A stretch of 64,000 nt of DNA from Octopus vulgaris (GCA_951406725.2 OX597817.1:70866001-70930000), one strand, 5' to 3'; numbered from the stretch's first letter, positions 1 to 13,660 are shown. Program-made: numbers and translations. The notes: generated by a model from the letters alone, not told the origin.

Positions 1-51
<51 letters not shown>

Positions 52-86
52 ATGATATATATATATAGAGAGAGATAGCTATATAT

Positions 87-365
87 ATGGCTTGGATCTG
101 TAGTCTCCGAATTAGCTTTCTCCGTTCTGGTTTTGAGAAGCCCAATTTCTCAAGATTGGTACTTAGACAATGTGTGACATATCCCAGTATCCCAATAGTT
201 ATAGGTATAAATCCGAACTTGTAACCTGGGTAGAGTAACTGTAGATTTCTCAATAGTTCAGCATAGGTATTTTTGTTTCGCTGATCTTTACCTTTGTTAA
301 CACCCGTTGGGCAACTGATTTCCACAACTGTACACATTTTCTCTTCTCTATCGCAAATCACTATG
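87..365 (-). mobile_element. R4/Dong-like non-LTR retrotransposon fragment (REL endonuclease C-terminus)
   Basis: Nucleotide similarity to 28740-29010 (ggcttggatctgta...gagtaactgtagatt...ccacaactgtacac). Confidence 0.7.
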
Positions 366-454
366 CACATATGTATGTATCCGCATGAAATACTACCTTG
401 ACATATACATCAAACATATGTCTGAACTAGCTGGTATTCACACCTTTAAAAACA

Positions 455-840
455 AAGTAATACTGGTGGAACACTCCAATAAAAAGAGCAATTTGGTGCA
501 AACATAACAGACCTGATATTGCTCTGTGAGACACGGAACAAAAGTCATGCACTGTTGTAGAGATCAGCTGCTCAGCGGATGTAAATGTATTATCATTAAT
601 CTATAAGATTTAAGGAGAATTAATGCAGAACTTACAGCTCTTGTACCTAGACAATGAATACTCAATTGTACCTATATTCATAGGTACATTAGGTAATGTA
701 CCAGCAAATTTGTACAAAAACCTAGAAAAACTCAGTTTCAAGGTGAAGAAGCAAAAAAAACTGATGCGGATTCTTCAAAACCAATCAATTAGTGGCACAG
801 TGAAGAGTTGTAATATATTGCAAGAATTCTCCATGTGAGA
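455..840 (+). mobile_element. R4/Dong-like non-LTR retrotransposon fragment (PD-(D/E)xK REL endonuclease)
   Basis: Translates to YWWNTPIKRAIWCKHNRPDIAL...CTVVEISCSADVN...NLQLLY..YSIVPIFIGTLG, with frameshifts and stops. Confidence 0.75.
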
Positions 841-1044
841 TTCTTATGTAAATAGATGCACACATTCGGGCGTATGCATTGACAGTTCAACCAACACACC
901 AACTCAACCACATATTTACAAACATCAGGAACTATCTTAGCTCAAAAAGTCTTGTTGCTTTATTAGCGACCGGCTTGATCTCTCTCAAGAACTTGAATTA
1001 AACTCAAAGAAAAAAAGTATACATAATACTTAAATGTGTATGTA

Positions 1045-1110
<66 letters not shown>

Positions 1111-1114
<4 letters not shown>

Positions 1115-1388
1115 AAATAAGAAAATGGAGGAATAGATTTCTTTCAATCATCAACTTCCAGATAATACCAATTCATATAATTTATTAACTAATTATTTAG
1201 ATTAAATAGGAATATCCAAATCCAACAGAATAAGACAGAATAAAACAATATACATCAATAAGTAAGATAATGCCATAAGAATAATACATATAAAATGGAT
1301 CTTACGGCTGTTTCAGCCTGTAGATAAGAGTATCTCATTATGCCCATATTAGTCAGATGTATTGAGGTAATATGCAGTTAAAAATGAG

Positions 1389-1421
<33 letters not shown>

Positions 1422-1655
1422 TGAAACCAAAGCGACTGAAGAAGAGGTTTTTTCTTTGTGTTAATTGTCCTGTACTCTATTTTTTTGTTGTTTTAAAATA
1501 ATGTCCAGTTCCTTTGGTTTGTGTCTATGTTTTCGTTTCTCATTGTGTTCGACGTCCTTTTGGTGTCCTGTACTCATATATGCGTGTATATGTACATGTA
1601 GAGGTAGGTACGTACATATATGTTTATATATATGCATATGTTTTATTTTATTTAT

Positions 1656-1700
<45 letters not shown>

Positions 1701-2815
1701 TCAAGGCCTCGTCAAAGATTATAAAGTACAATTATAAAGATATAAAATGAAGATATAAAATGCAAATATGAATATTAAACAAGGTACACATATACAAGAA
1801 TATGTATATATACATATATACATATATATATAAGCGTATATCCACCTACATATACATATATATATATAAGTATATACATAATAATATACATACACATAAG
1901 GTTACAGTTAATCAGATCTATATACTGGAATATATATATATATATATCCACATCAAAGTGTACATATACAAAGTTCAAAGTTCATTGTATTACATTACTA
2001 AAAACTATTAATATTATTATTTTTATTAATAATACCAATAAAGGAATATGTGCATTCTGCTATTCACAATACATTGTAGATGGAAAATACCACATAAAAT
2101 ATAGTATAATATAATACAATGCAATACAGTGTAACACAACATAATAAAATATAATATATTATATTACATATTAAATATACAACATATAATATAGTGTAAC
2201 ATAATATATAGACAGATGCATATGGGAGATGCTAGTAAATTAATTCAATAAAATAAAATAATGCAAAACAATATACAATGTCACAATATACAATGTCATT
2301 ATATTCATATATCATACAGCAAAAATCTAAATCTACATACATATATATACACACAGGTAACAAGTAACTAATTTTTAACTGCATATTACCTCAATACATC
2401 TGACTAATATGGGCATAATGAAATTCTCTTATCTACAGGCTGAAACAGCTGTAAGATCCATTTTATATGCATTATTCTTATGGCATTATCTTACTTATTG
2501 ATGTATATTGTTTTATTCTGTCTTATTCAGTTGGATTTGGATGTTCCTATTTAATCTAAATAATTAGTTAATAAATTATATGAATTGGTATTATCTGGAA
2601 GTTGATGATTGAAAGAAATCTATTCCTCCATTTTCTTATTTTGTATTATGAATTTGAGATAAAACATTTTACCTTCGCACATATAATACAATAAATGAAT
2701 TAATTGCATTGCAATTCTTAGCAGTTATGTATTAGCCTTCTGGGTACTTTACTGGCAGTATATTGGATAAATGACATCCCATAGTGGGTTACACTCATAA
2801 CCCTTATCTCACTTT

Positions 2816-2820
<5 letters not shown>
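1111..2820. mobile_element. Penelope-like element terminal remnant with inverted (fold-back) arms, embedded in (TA)n
   Basis: About 1111-1391 is the reverse complement of about 2366-2645, followed by a unique tail to 2820 that resembles 32330-32504. Hammerhead halves are present. Confidence 0.65.
1419..1660 (+). mobile_element. 5'-truncated copy of the 815-bp tandem element family (see 32538-33797)
   Basis: gatgaaacc...gcgactgaagaag...tttattgat matches 32742-32974 and is flanked by (TA)n on both sides. Confidence 0.85.
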
Positions 2821-2859
<39 letters not shown>

Positions 2860-2941
2860 TTTATAATATTATATATTTTATATATATCAATATTTATATT
2901 ATATATATAATATTATATGTTATATATATATCAATATATAT

Positions 2942-2982
<41 letters not shown>

Positions 2983-2983
<1 letters not shown>

Positions 2984-3162
2984 TTTATTTTAAGCAGCAG
3001 AAAATTCAACAAAATCTGTTACTCTGAGTTTCTCGTTGCCGTTCAAACTCAGAGTAACAGATTTTGTTGAATTTTCTGCTGCTTAAAATAAAGCATATTA
3101 CTCTACCACTGGTATTTGAGTACTCTTTTTTCCACCTTGTTTCACATTTATGTGTTTACTCC

Positions 3163-3165
<3 letters not shown>
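2983..3165. mobile_element. Short fold-back PLE-type terminus in (TA)n
   Basis: Perfect 49-bp inverted arms at 2983-3031 and 3045-3093 plus a tail of about 70 bp. Contains the hammerhead 3' half GAAACTCAGAGTAACAG on the minus strand. Confidence 0.6.
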
Positions 3166-3199
<34 letters not shown>

Positions 3200-3221
3200 G
3201 TATACACACACATATATATAT

Positions 3222-3536
3222 ATACGAGGGTGAGTCAAAAAGAATTACCATTTTGTTTAGGACAGGTATAATTACCAACACAGGAATATGTAGCATGCAT
3301 CAAAATGAAGCTGGTCCTCTGTGGACCACATCCCTGCTTCTCAACATATTAACCGTTTCTCTCAATAGCAATGTTCCACCTTTTAATAACAGCATGTACC
3401 CCTGCTCCGTAAAATTCTGTTGACTGTTGTTTGAGTCATTTCCTTCATTACAGTTTTCACTTCTTCATCACTGGAATAATTTAGCGCCTTCAGACTATCA
3501 CCTCTTTGGCCCCATGAAAGAGGGTTTGAGAGCAAA
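3222..3536 (-). mobile_element. mariner transposon 3' fragment with internal inversion
   Basis: TIR-like TACGAGGGTGAGTCAAAAAG. Minus strand encodes YSSDEEVKTVMK..LKQQSTEFYGAGVHAVIKRWNIAIERNG; plus strand 3481-3531 encodes LAPSDYHLFGPMKEGLR. Confidence 0.75.
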
Positions 3537-3667
3537 CCTAGAAGCTAACTGTGAATTATAAAATAACTTTTTTCAGCTTATCGAACAAATGAATGTTATT
3601 TTTTCATACCTTTTACGGACTGCTCGAAGCTTACTAACTTCCTACACCTGGATCTTTGGATTTTTCC

Positions 3668-3722
<55 letters not shown>

Positions 3723-3763
3723 TTTTATTTATTTATCTAGTTTCAGCTCACGCGCTGTGACCA

Positions 3764-3839
3764 TGCTGGGGCACCGCCATTTTGCTGGGGCACCGCCATT
3801 TTGCTGGGGCACCGCCATTTTGCTGGGGCACCGCCATTT
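3764..3839. repeat. 4 x 19-bp tandem repeat at the truncation point of a LINE/SINE 3' tail
   Basis: tgctggggcaccgccattt starts at 3764, 3783, 3802 and 3821, adjacent to tail sequence also seen at 63280-63325. Confidence 0.9.
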
Positions 3840-3851
3840 ATATATATATAC

Positions 3852-3924
<73 letters not shown>

Positions 3925-4473
3925 CAGTTATTACATACGTACATTCATATACACATATACGCACACACACATAAATATGCTTTCGTCGAACATTCGTCAT
4001 GATCTTTGCAACTTGTGCCTCGCTGATGTGGCCACAGCAATACAAGAACATGTCCAGAAAGGCGTATTGTTCTTATCTGCATATTAAAGGAAAATATTAA
4101 GACAAATTATATACATATGAGTTAGTTGCTAACATTAGATTCTTATCTATTGAGAATGAAGTACTTCGCACGAGGCAAAAAATGATAACATCAGAACAAA
4201 ATAAATAATTGCTTAATATGGATAAAATGATTGCGCTAATTAGGCTCTGGTTACGTCGCCTTTCGTAGCAGATCAAACAACAACACAATCTCAAAAGCCA
4301 CATGTATATCACGTTATTTGGTATATACGAAAATGTGGGTACCTAAACACAAACATTGATGATAAACATACACAAATAGACGAACGCATAAGCATATATG
4401 TAAGAAATGAGTGTGTATATGTACACAAGCAAAACTATGCCTCCGAATAGACGTACATACATATATACATATA

Positions 4474-4526
<53 letters not shown>

Positions 4527-4618
4527 ATATATTTATGAATGTGTACATATATATGTGTGTGTGTGTGTATATCTATATACATAAATATCTGCGTATATAT
4601 ATATATATATATACATAT

Positions 4619-4672
<54 letters not shown>

Positions 4673-4679
4673 TTATATG

Positions 4680-4728
<49 letters not shown>

Positions 4729-4954
4729 TTGTATATATATATATATATTTATATATATGCATATGCATATGTATATATGTGTGTGTGGGTGTATGTGTCT
4801 ATGTATACATACGTATATATACAAGAGTGTGCACGTGTGGCTTGTGTATGTGAGTGTCCATATAACTTCAAGGAGGTACATATAACTGCATCCAGTGCGT
4901 CTGCACTAAGCAAATGAATATAATAAGCAAGTGTATACTTGTATACATATCAGC

Positions 4955-5005
<51 letters not shown>

Positions 5006-5035
5006 TGTGTGTAAAGATTCGTATGTATATTTCTG

Positions 5036-5070
<35 letters not shown>

Positions 5071-5284
5071 CTATGAATGCAAAAATACCGTTTGAGTATA
5101 TAAATACTAATTTATGCTTATCATTTCATTTACAGTTTCAAAATGTGCCAAATGGTGAACGCATAATATATATCTATATGTACATCTATCTATATATCTA
5201 CTTACCTATGTATGTATGTATGTATGTATGTATGTATGTATGTATGTATGTATGTATGTATGTATGTATGTATGTATGTATCTT

Positions 5285-5316
<32 letters not shown>

Positions 5317-5323
5317 AGTATAG

Positions 5324-5370
<47 letters not shown>

Positions 5371-5392
5371 GCATATTATATATAGATATATA

Positions 5393-5657
5393 TAATATGC
5401 CCCTAAATGCCTAAGAGACTTACGTGGTGTGGATGTGGGTTTCTTTAAAACTAAACTGGATCTCTTCTTGTCGGGAGTCCCAGATGAACCTACCCCACGA
5501 CAGGAGACGCAGATGCGGGCAGCAGCATCGAACTCCCTTGTTGATCAAGTGCCAACACTTATCAGAGGTGGATTCACATATTAGTGTAGCTCATTCAGCG
5601 GTGGTGCCCCAGCATGGCCGCGGCCTTCGGGCTAAAACATTTTAAAGGATTTAAGGA
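5393..5657 (+). mobile_element. CR1-clade LINE 3' end (ORF2 C-terminus and 3' tail)
   Basis: Encodes PKCLRDLRGVDVGFFKTKLDLFLSGVPDEPTPRQETQMRAAASNSLVDQV*, followed by ggtggtgccccagcatggccgc and a short (tttaagga) repeat tail. Confidence 0.7.
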
Positions 5658-5860
5658 TATATGTATATATAGAAATATATGTGAATGTATCTCTCTGAGC
5701 ATGTATATATATAATCTACACATATATATATATATATAATCTACATATATATATATTGATGATGAAGATTTTTAATTATAACTACTATTTCTGCAACTAG
5801 TATATATATATATATATTGTATATTATATACCTTATATATTATATATATATATCAATATA

Positions 5861-5911
<51 letters not shown>

Positions 5912-5926
5912 GTATATATATACACG

Positions 5927-6015
<89 letters not shown>

Positions 6016-6016
<1 letters not shown>

Positions 6017-6399
6017 TTTTACTCTTTTACTCTTTTACTTGTTTCAGTCATTTGACTGCGGCCATGCTGGAGCACCGCCTTTAGTCGCCTTTGTAAGCCC
6101 AGTACTTATTCTATCGGTCTCTTTTGCCGAACCGCTAAGTGACGGGGACGTAAACACACCAGCATCGGCTGTCAAGCAATGCTAGGGGGACAAACACAGA
6201 CACACAAACACATACACACACATACATATATATATATACATATATACGACAAGCTTCTTTCAGTTTCCGTCTACCAAATCCACTCACAAGGCATTCGTCG
6301 GCCCGGGGCTATAGCAGCAGACACTTGCCCAAGATGCCACGCAGTGGGACTGAACCCGGAACCATGTGGTTGGTTAGCAAGCTACTTACCACTCCTGCG
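6016..6399 (-). mobile_element. tRNA-derived SINE, family B
   Basis: Head with ggttccgggttcagtccc (B-box), body ttgggcaagtgtc..ggatttggtagacggaaactg and tail ggcggtgctccagcatggccgcagtcaaatgactgaaac. Multiple copies in the window. Confidence 0.85.
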
Positions 6400-6665
6400 A
6401 AACATCTACGAAAATTTTCTCATGCTTGTACCTATCTATATATTCATGTTTGGATACGCATATTTACGTATATATTTAGAAATGTCTGTGTATTCGGGTG
6501 TATGTACGTATGTATTTAAAGCTTCCGCTTTTATTTTAATGAAACGAATTGATATTTGATGATGAAGATTTTTAATTATAACTACTATTTCTGCAACTAG
6601 TATATATATATATATATTGTATATTATATACCTTATATAAATACATACACACGCATACAAATATA

Positions 6666-6723
<58 letters not shown>

Positions 6724-7326
6724 ACACACACATACATATATATATAGATAGATTGGTGAAAAGAGAGAGAGAGGGGGAAAGAGAGAAAGAAACGTAGTTA
6801 AAATATGTATACACATATGTGTGTGTATAAAAGTATATATGAATATGCATCTATGCGTGTTTAATGCATGCACACTTACATTTGCATGTATATCGTTATC
6901 GTATGAATTTTTTAAGAAATTAAAATAGAGACGATGAAGCTAAGAAGTTTCATTCATGAGTATAGAAGTAAATAAATAAATACATATATAAATATATTCA
7001 TAAAGAAATTAAAAAAAAACATAAAGATATGAATAAATTAAGCGAAAGAAATTAATCCATCATATCACTACTTGATATCTGTTATAAGTTATGGATAAAG
7101 AGATATCTATAAATTCATGAAAATCACAGATGTAATGTGATTATCTCCGCAAACAAGTTGTTGGTGTAGGCTGTTATGTGTGTTTTCCGTTACGAAAATA
7201 CCTTATCTCCCCAATTTGTTTCATTGAAAACTACTCCCCATGGCATTCCATACATCCACACATACACGTATGTATGTATGTATGTATGTATGTACACACA
7301 CACGCACACACGCACGCATACATACA

Positions 7327-7401
<75 letters not shown>

Positions 7402-8020
7402 TGCATATATAAGTAAGTATTGCAAAGGATGCACCATTGAGCAAAAGTCTAGTACAGCTGCACTTAGACTGAAACTGAGCCAAGATCAACACAAACACAT
7501 GATACACAATACATACATGCACACACATATTTATATTCATATAGTGATGTCTCTGTATATATACAGAGAGAGAGAGAGGGGGAGAGAGAGCGAGAGGGGG
7601 AAAGAGAGTGGGAGGGTGAGAGATAAATATATGTATATATAATTGTATATTCATATCTATCTATCCATCTACGAAAGGGTGTAGATGGATAGATAGCTTT
7701 AAGGGTGTTTCGATGGATAGATGGCATTAAGGGTGTTTCGAAATATCTAGTCGGTGGTTCAACCTTCCAAGTTCCTTTATAGGGCTTACAAAAACTGAAG
7801 GACCGCTGCAAAATGCATATAAATCTGAGTCGGGAATATGTTGAATAAACTAATAATTAACTGATCCTCCAGTATCTTCTTTTACACAAAGCCAGGAACT
7901 TTTCAGTACCCTCTCGCATCTCTCCCTCTTTCTCTCCATGTGTGTGTGTGTGTGTGTGTGTATACATACATGCACACATTTGTATAGTTATTTATGTATT
8001 TATATATATTTGAGTATGTG

Positions 8021-8409
8021 GAGGCGCAATGGCTCAGTGGTTAGGGCAGCGGACTCGCGGTCATAGGATCGCGGTTTCGATTCCCAGACCGGGCGTTGTG
8101 AGTGTTTATTGAGCGAAAACACCTAAGGCTCCACGATGCTCCGGCAGGGGATGGTGGTGATCCCTGCTGTACTCTTTCACCACAACTTTCTCTCACTCTT
8201 ACTTCCTGTTTCTGTTGTACCTGTATTTCAAAGGGCCGGCCTTGTCACTCTCTGTGTCACGCTGAATATCCCCGAGAACTACGTTAAGGGGACACGTGTC
8301 TGTGGAGTGCTCAGCCACTTACACGTTAATTTCACGAGCAGGCTGTTCCGTTGATTCGGATCAACCGGAACCCTCATCGTCGTAACCGACGGAGTGCTTC
8401 CATTCCATA
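8021..8409 (+). mobile_element. tRNA-derived SINE, family A (young copy)
   Basis: A-box tggctcagtgg and B-box ggtttcgattcc. Near-identical to 17065-17447. TSD tgagtatgtg at 8011-8020 and 8410-8419. Confidence 0.9.
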
Positions 8410-9247
8410 TGAGTATGTGTGTGTATGCGTGTTTTGTATACATATCTATGAGTATTTATTCTGCTTCTGTATTGTTTCCATACTGTCCTTCATGCTTTGT
8501 CCATGTTTGTCCATCACCCCATTGATTGATTGATATTCGCTATATCACTATTGCTATATCACTATTACAATAAAAGAAAAAAAAATTCTGTCATTGAATT
8601 TAAAGTTTTCGGACATAAAAGTGTGCTTGTGGTCTAATCTCCATGTCTGATTAGTGAATTTCCATGTTTCTTTACCTTCCAATCTGTTTCCGCTTATCCT
8701 TTCCATGTTTCATTTTGAATTTTCAAGCACACGCATGCGCACGCACAAGTCTGTGTGTATGTGTAAACACAAGTACACGCAACCGGTGATTTGAGCATCA
8801 TTGATCGCATTTTCGAGTTGGCGAATTCTCTGTGATAGAATTGTGTCATTGAATAGTGAGAGAGGGGGTCAAAGTGTGATACACTGACACATAGAAATTC
8901 GTTTTGGCATTTATTATATATATATATATATATATGTATAGTAGTTAGGGTATTGCACTCACAATCGCGAGATCGTGGGTCTAATTTCTGGGCTGGGTGG
9001 TTGCGTTGTTTCCTTGGGCAAAATACCTCATTCCGTGAAGCTCTGCGATTATTCAATATATGACGTGTCGCACACCACCGATCATCCGTGCAAGCACTGC
9101 CAATTTGATGAGAGGATAAGGTATTAACAGCACATACATTTGATCACTATAAACAAATCATCTGTGCAAATCATCAGTACATATTGTTCAGTAAAAAATT
9201 GCAGGGCCGTTTTTCTTGGACTCGAGTGGCTACCATTTATTTATATA

Positions 9248-9479
9248 TGTCGTAGCCAAAAGTTTGGAACTCAGGTCTGAAAAATTAATATTTTTATATT
9301 AAATGCTTAAAGTTATATTTAATTTGCAATATATCATTACTTGGCCAAATTTTTGGAACACATGTTTGAAAATTAGAATGCCCAAATTAAATGCCTGTTC
9401 TTTATATTTGAATCGAATTGAACTCGGACATAACAAGTTTGGTTTTTAAAAATGTGTTCCTAACTTTTGACCAGGACTG
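9248..9479. mobile_element. Small Tc1-like MITE (degenerate)
   Basis: Imperfect terminal inverted repeats: gtcgtagccaaaagtttggaac and gttcctaacttttgaccaggactg. Confidence 0.45.
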
Positions 9480-9497
9480 GATATATATATATATCTA

Positions 9498-9543
<46 letters not shown>

Positions 9544-9633
9544 CCTATCTATCTATCTATCTATCTATCTATAGGTAGATAGATAGATATAGATATAGAT
9601 ATAGATATATACATACATACATACATACATACA

Positions 9634-9697
<64 letters not shown>

Positions 9698-10413
9698 CAT
9701 AATAGCGAGAAGTTGAGGTTACAAGAGATAATGGTGTCATTGAGACCCAAAGGTGTCAGGTAATGCTGAATAAGTGCTATAGACAGACCATAGTTAAATT
9801 CCAGATTCGGTAATTTTGCGAAATTACATATATATGGTTGGCTCTACGTACGATGACGCCTCTGGGACCGTCTTTACGTATGATAATCTGACATTCGCAT
9901 GCGAGCAAGACCAGGTGGCGTGACACAAGCTAACAGGCGCCTATCCTGAGGTGAGTAGGTATAGATACTCTTTCAACCACTCCACTCTTGACCAGTACTG
10001 GACTGATATTTATTGTCTGTTGAGTGGTCTATAGCACCATGAAATGATGTTTCTTGCCAAAGAAGAAAACATATGGGATAGTTCCCCAGGAATGGAACCC
10101 CATAAACGTATGGTCGTGATCCTAGTACCCTAAAAACTACACTATACACCTTCAGACACACACAAAATATTTACACACACACACACACACACAGAGTTGT
10201 ATACTTATTTATAGACATCTACTTATCTTGTCTCCCTGCTCATGTTTCTCACTCTCCATTTTTCTTTCCTTCTTTCTTTCTTTCTTGCTTTCTTTCTTTC
10301 ATTCATTCTTTCTTTCTTTCATTCTTTCTTTCTTTTTTATTTCATTCTTTCTTTCTTTCTTTCGTTCTTTCTTTCTGTCAGTGTTTGACTTTATTTCTCT
10401 CTCTCTCTGTTTG

Positions 10414-10494
<81 letters not shown>

Positions 10495-10734
10495 TTCTCT
10501 CCTTAATATATCATTATTATTATTATTGTCACATGCAGAAATGTTGAAGCGTGCGAAATGTTTAAGCTCAAGATTTAAAGGTTTGCACTCACACGCATGC
10601 TCATATTCAAACGGACTACCTCATACATACATACACGCATACATACATACATACATACATACATACATACATACATACATACATACATACATACATACAT
10701 ACACAACCATGTATACACACGTGTATGCATATAC

Positions 10735-10765
<31 letters not shown>

Positions 10766-11131
10766 TGTATGTATGTATGTATGTATGTATGTATGTGTGT
10801 ATGTATGTATGTATGTATGTATGTATGTATGTATGTATGTATGTATGTGTGTGTGTGTATGTATGTACCCATGTTTACAAGTATCGTTCGCATGATTTTG
10901 ACTTTCTCTTTTCTGTTAAAACACGAAGATAAGCGTTTTCTTGATAACTTTCGTATAATATTTCAAACAACAGATAATTCAAGAGAAAACTGGCTCGGAT
11001 TACCAGCTGAAAGAGGTGCAACGTGAAACCCAGATGGTGGGATTATGAGACTTTCAATTATAATACATTAAATACTCTTCATTTACGTGTATTGTGTTAT
11101 GTAATTTATCATAGCCTCTCAGGGAATGACG

Positions 11132-11204
<73 letters not shown>

Positions 11205-11347
11205 CATACATACATACATACATAAACACACATTTATATGTTCATACATACATAATACATACATACACAGACACATACACACGCACATATATATGTATAT
11301 ATAAATATGCATGTGAGTGCGTGTGTATGTATATATACATGTGTGTG

Positions 11348-11399
<52 letters not shown>

Positions 11400-12007
11400 A
11401 GTGTGTGTGTATGTATATATACATGTATGTATGTACGTATATGAGTGCATGTATGTATATTTGTGCGTATTATGTCAGTGTGTGTGTGCATGTGTTGTTA
11501 TGTTTGTGTGTGTATGTGTAGATGAGTACGTGCTTCTATACGTAGATATTTGTATACATGCATACATATTGCGAAAACAGAAGGTTAAAGCTTCTTCTTG
11601 TTCCATAGGCTCATAAGCCCCGTTTTCCCGCGGCACAATGGTCCTTCGCAGGATTACTCACTTTTGCTAGCTGATTGGACAGGAGGAATGTGGATGGAGA
11701 TTTTTTTGTTCATAGCTAACAAAAGTGAGAAAGGTATTTCTCAATCGAGTATTTTGAAATCCGCTCATTAGAATAGTTCTACTGATCTCAACCAAAGTGA
11801 AATAATGCTTGACAGGTACCGGGTAGAATGTACAGGAGATACTGTTTTTGGAAATAAGATTGTTTGGAACAATGAGATTACGCTTGAACTGAACAGGTCA
11901 CTCAATTTCCACAATAGCAGCTCAATGGGCAGCTATGTACATATAGGGGATGCAGTATCGGTTGCATATATACATATGGCTTTAATATCTTATTTTAACA
12001 GAAAGTA

Positions 12008-12225
12008 CCGAGTTGGCAGAATCGTTTGCACGTCGGGCAAAATGCTTCGTGGTATTCCGTTCATCTTTACGCTCTAAGTTCAAATTCCGCCGAGGTCGAC
12101 TTTGCCTTTCATCCTTTCAGGGTCGATAAAATAAATGCCAGTTGAGTACTGGGGTCGATGTAGTCGATTTATCTCTCCACCCCAGCAAAAACAAATTGCT
12201 GGCCTTGTACTAAAATTTGAAATCA
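12008..12225 (+). mobile_element. tRNA-derived SINE, family C
   Basis: gagttggcagaatcgtt...gttcaaattccgccgaggtcgactttgcctttcatcc, shared with copies at 23247, 37833, 40671 and 47388. Confidence 0.8.
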
Positions 12226-13224
12226 TAACATTTATTGTGCCATAACATTTATTGACTCTGTTAGACCAGTTAGATTAATGTTATTAACGAGCCTTTTGAA
12301 TATTTATAAGTCCTCGCTGTTGGGAAAGATTTGAGAAGGAAGAGAAGTACCTGAGTACCTGTTTTTTGGAGAGGGAGACTTCTGCGCGTAGTGACTTGCA
12401 CGGGCCTGAGAGATTGGACACCACAAGAGTGATGGGAGAAAGAAAAGAGGGACAAGTGGGACGAGAGTGTTTGTGTGAAAGTGGCGGGACTCCAATCCTA
12501 AGGAGCAAAGGACATTATCATAGAAGTAAAATAGGCAGAGAGATGAGATTGTAGGTCTGTGGGCCAGAGACTGGAACATATATATGTAACGGACTTTATA
12601 CCAGTCAGTCAGATGATTCTTCCCTGGACATCCTTCTTTAACAACATTGCACTGCAAATGGTGTTGTTTATTTGAACTCACTGTTGGAATCTGTCACGCC
12701 ACGAATTCGTAAATCATTTGTGAGAGGAAAAAAAAGCGGGCTTCTATTTCCAACATGATACAGCACCTCCTAACTACGGTCATGATGTGAAGCCCCTGTC
12801 TTGATAAAATTCTGTCAAACGGTTGTTTGGTAGAGAAATGCCTTAAAATACTCTCTCGTTCACAGACCTTCCGCCAATGGGGTCTTTTTATTGGGACATC
12901 TTTATACATAAGGTTGCGTGAAAACTGGTGTTAATAAAATAAGCCTCTTTTCAAAGTAGCCTTTGAAAGAGAATGCGCCAAAATACCAATTGAAATAATT
13001 TGTAATGTCTGCAATTCCAATGTCACTCATTCTCACCAGTGTAGAGAGTTCGGTTTTCATTTCGGATCCTCGCGATAACTCAAAACGCCTGGACCTTTGT
13101 CTTCTATATGAATTATAAAACTAAAACTGTCTCCCATTCAAATTGTGTATACAAAGTTTGCGGCGTCACTCTGCGTCAGTGTACAGACAGACAAACAGAC
13201 ACACACATGCTTAAGTATATAATC

Positions 13225-13328
<104 letters not shown>

Positions 13329-13617
13329 ATCTGTCTGTTTGTATGTCTGTATGCCTATCTGTCTGTCTCCCTATCTTTTCCCTCCCTCTCTCTCGTTTTC
13401 TCTCCCTCTCTCGCTTTCTGTTCTTTCTCTGTGTTTACTTGTCCTGTTTTCCTTTTTTCTCGTTGTTTACGTACTTAACTAGTTTGTTTACGTATTTCAT
13501 GTTGTTTGCACCGTTAATGATGTCCTGTACCTATATAAGCATATGTGTGTGTGTGTGTGTATGTGTATATATATCTGCGTATATATGTATATATGTATGT
13601 ATATGTATGTATACATA

Positions 13618-13660
<43 letters not shown>

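Noticed and set aside
3764-3839. CRISPR-like array
   Set aside because: The repeats are contiguous with no spacers, in a eukaryotic retroelement context.
8021-8095. tRNA gene
   Set aside because: The tRNA-like head continues into a body of about 390 bp with a TSD and multiple copies, so it is a SINE. The same applies to 17065 and 52326.
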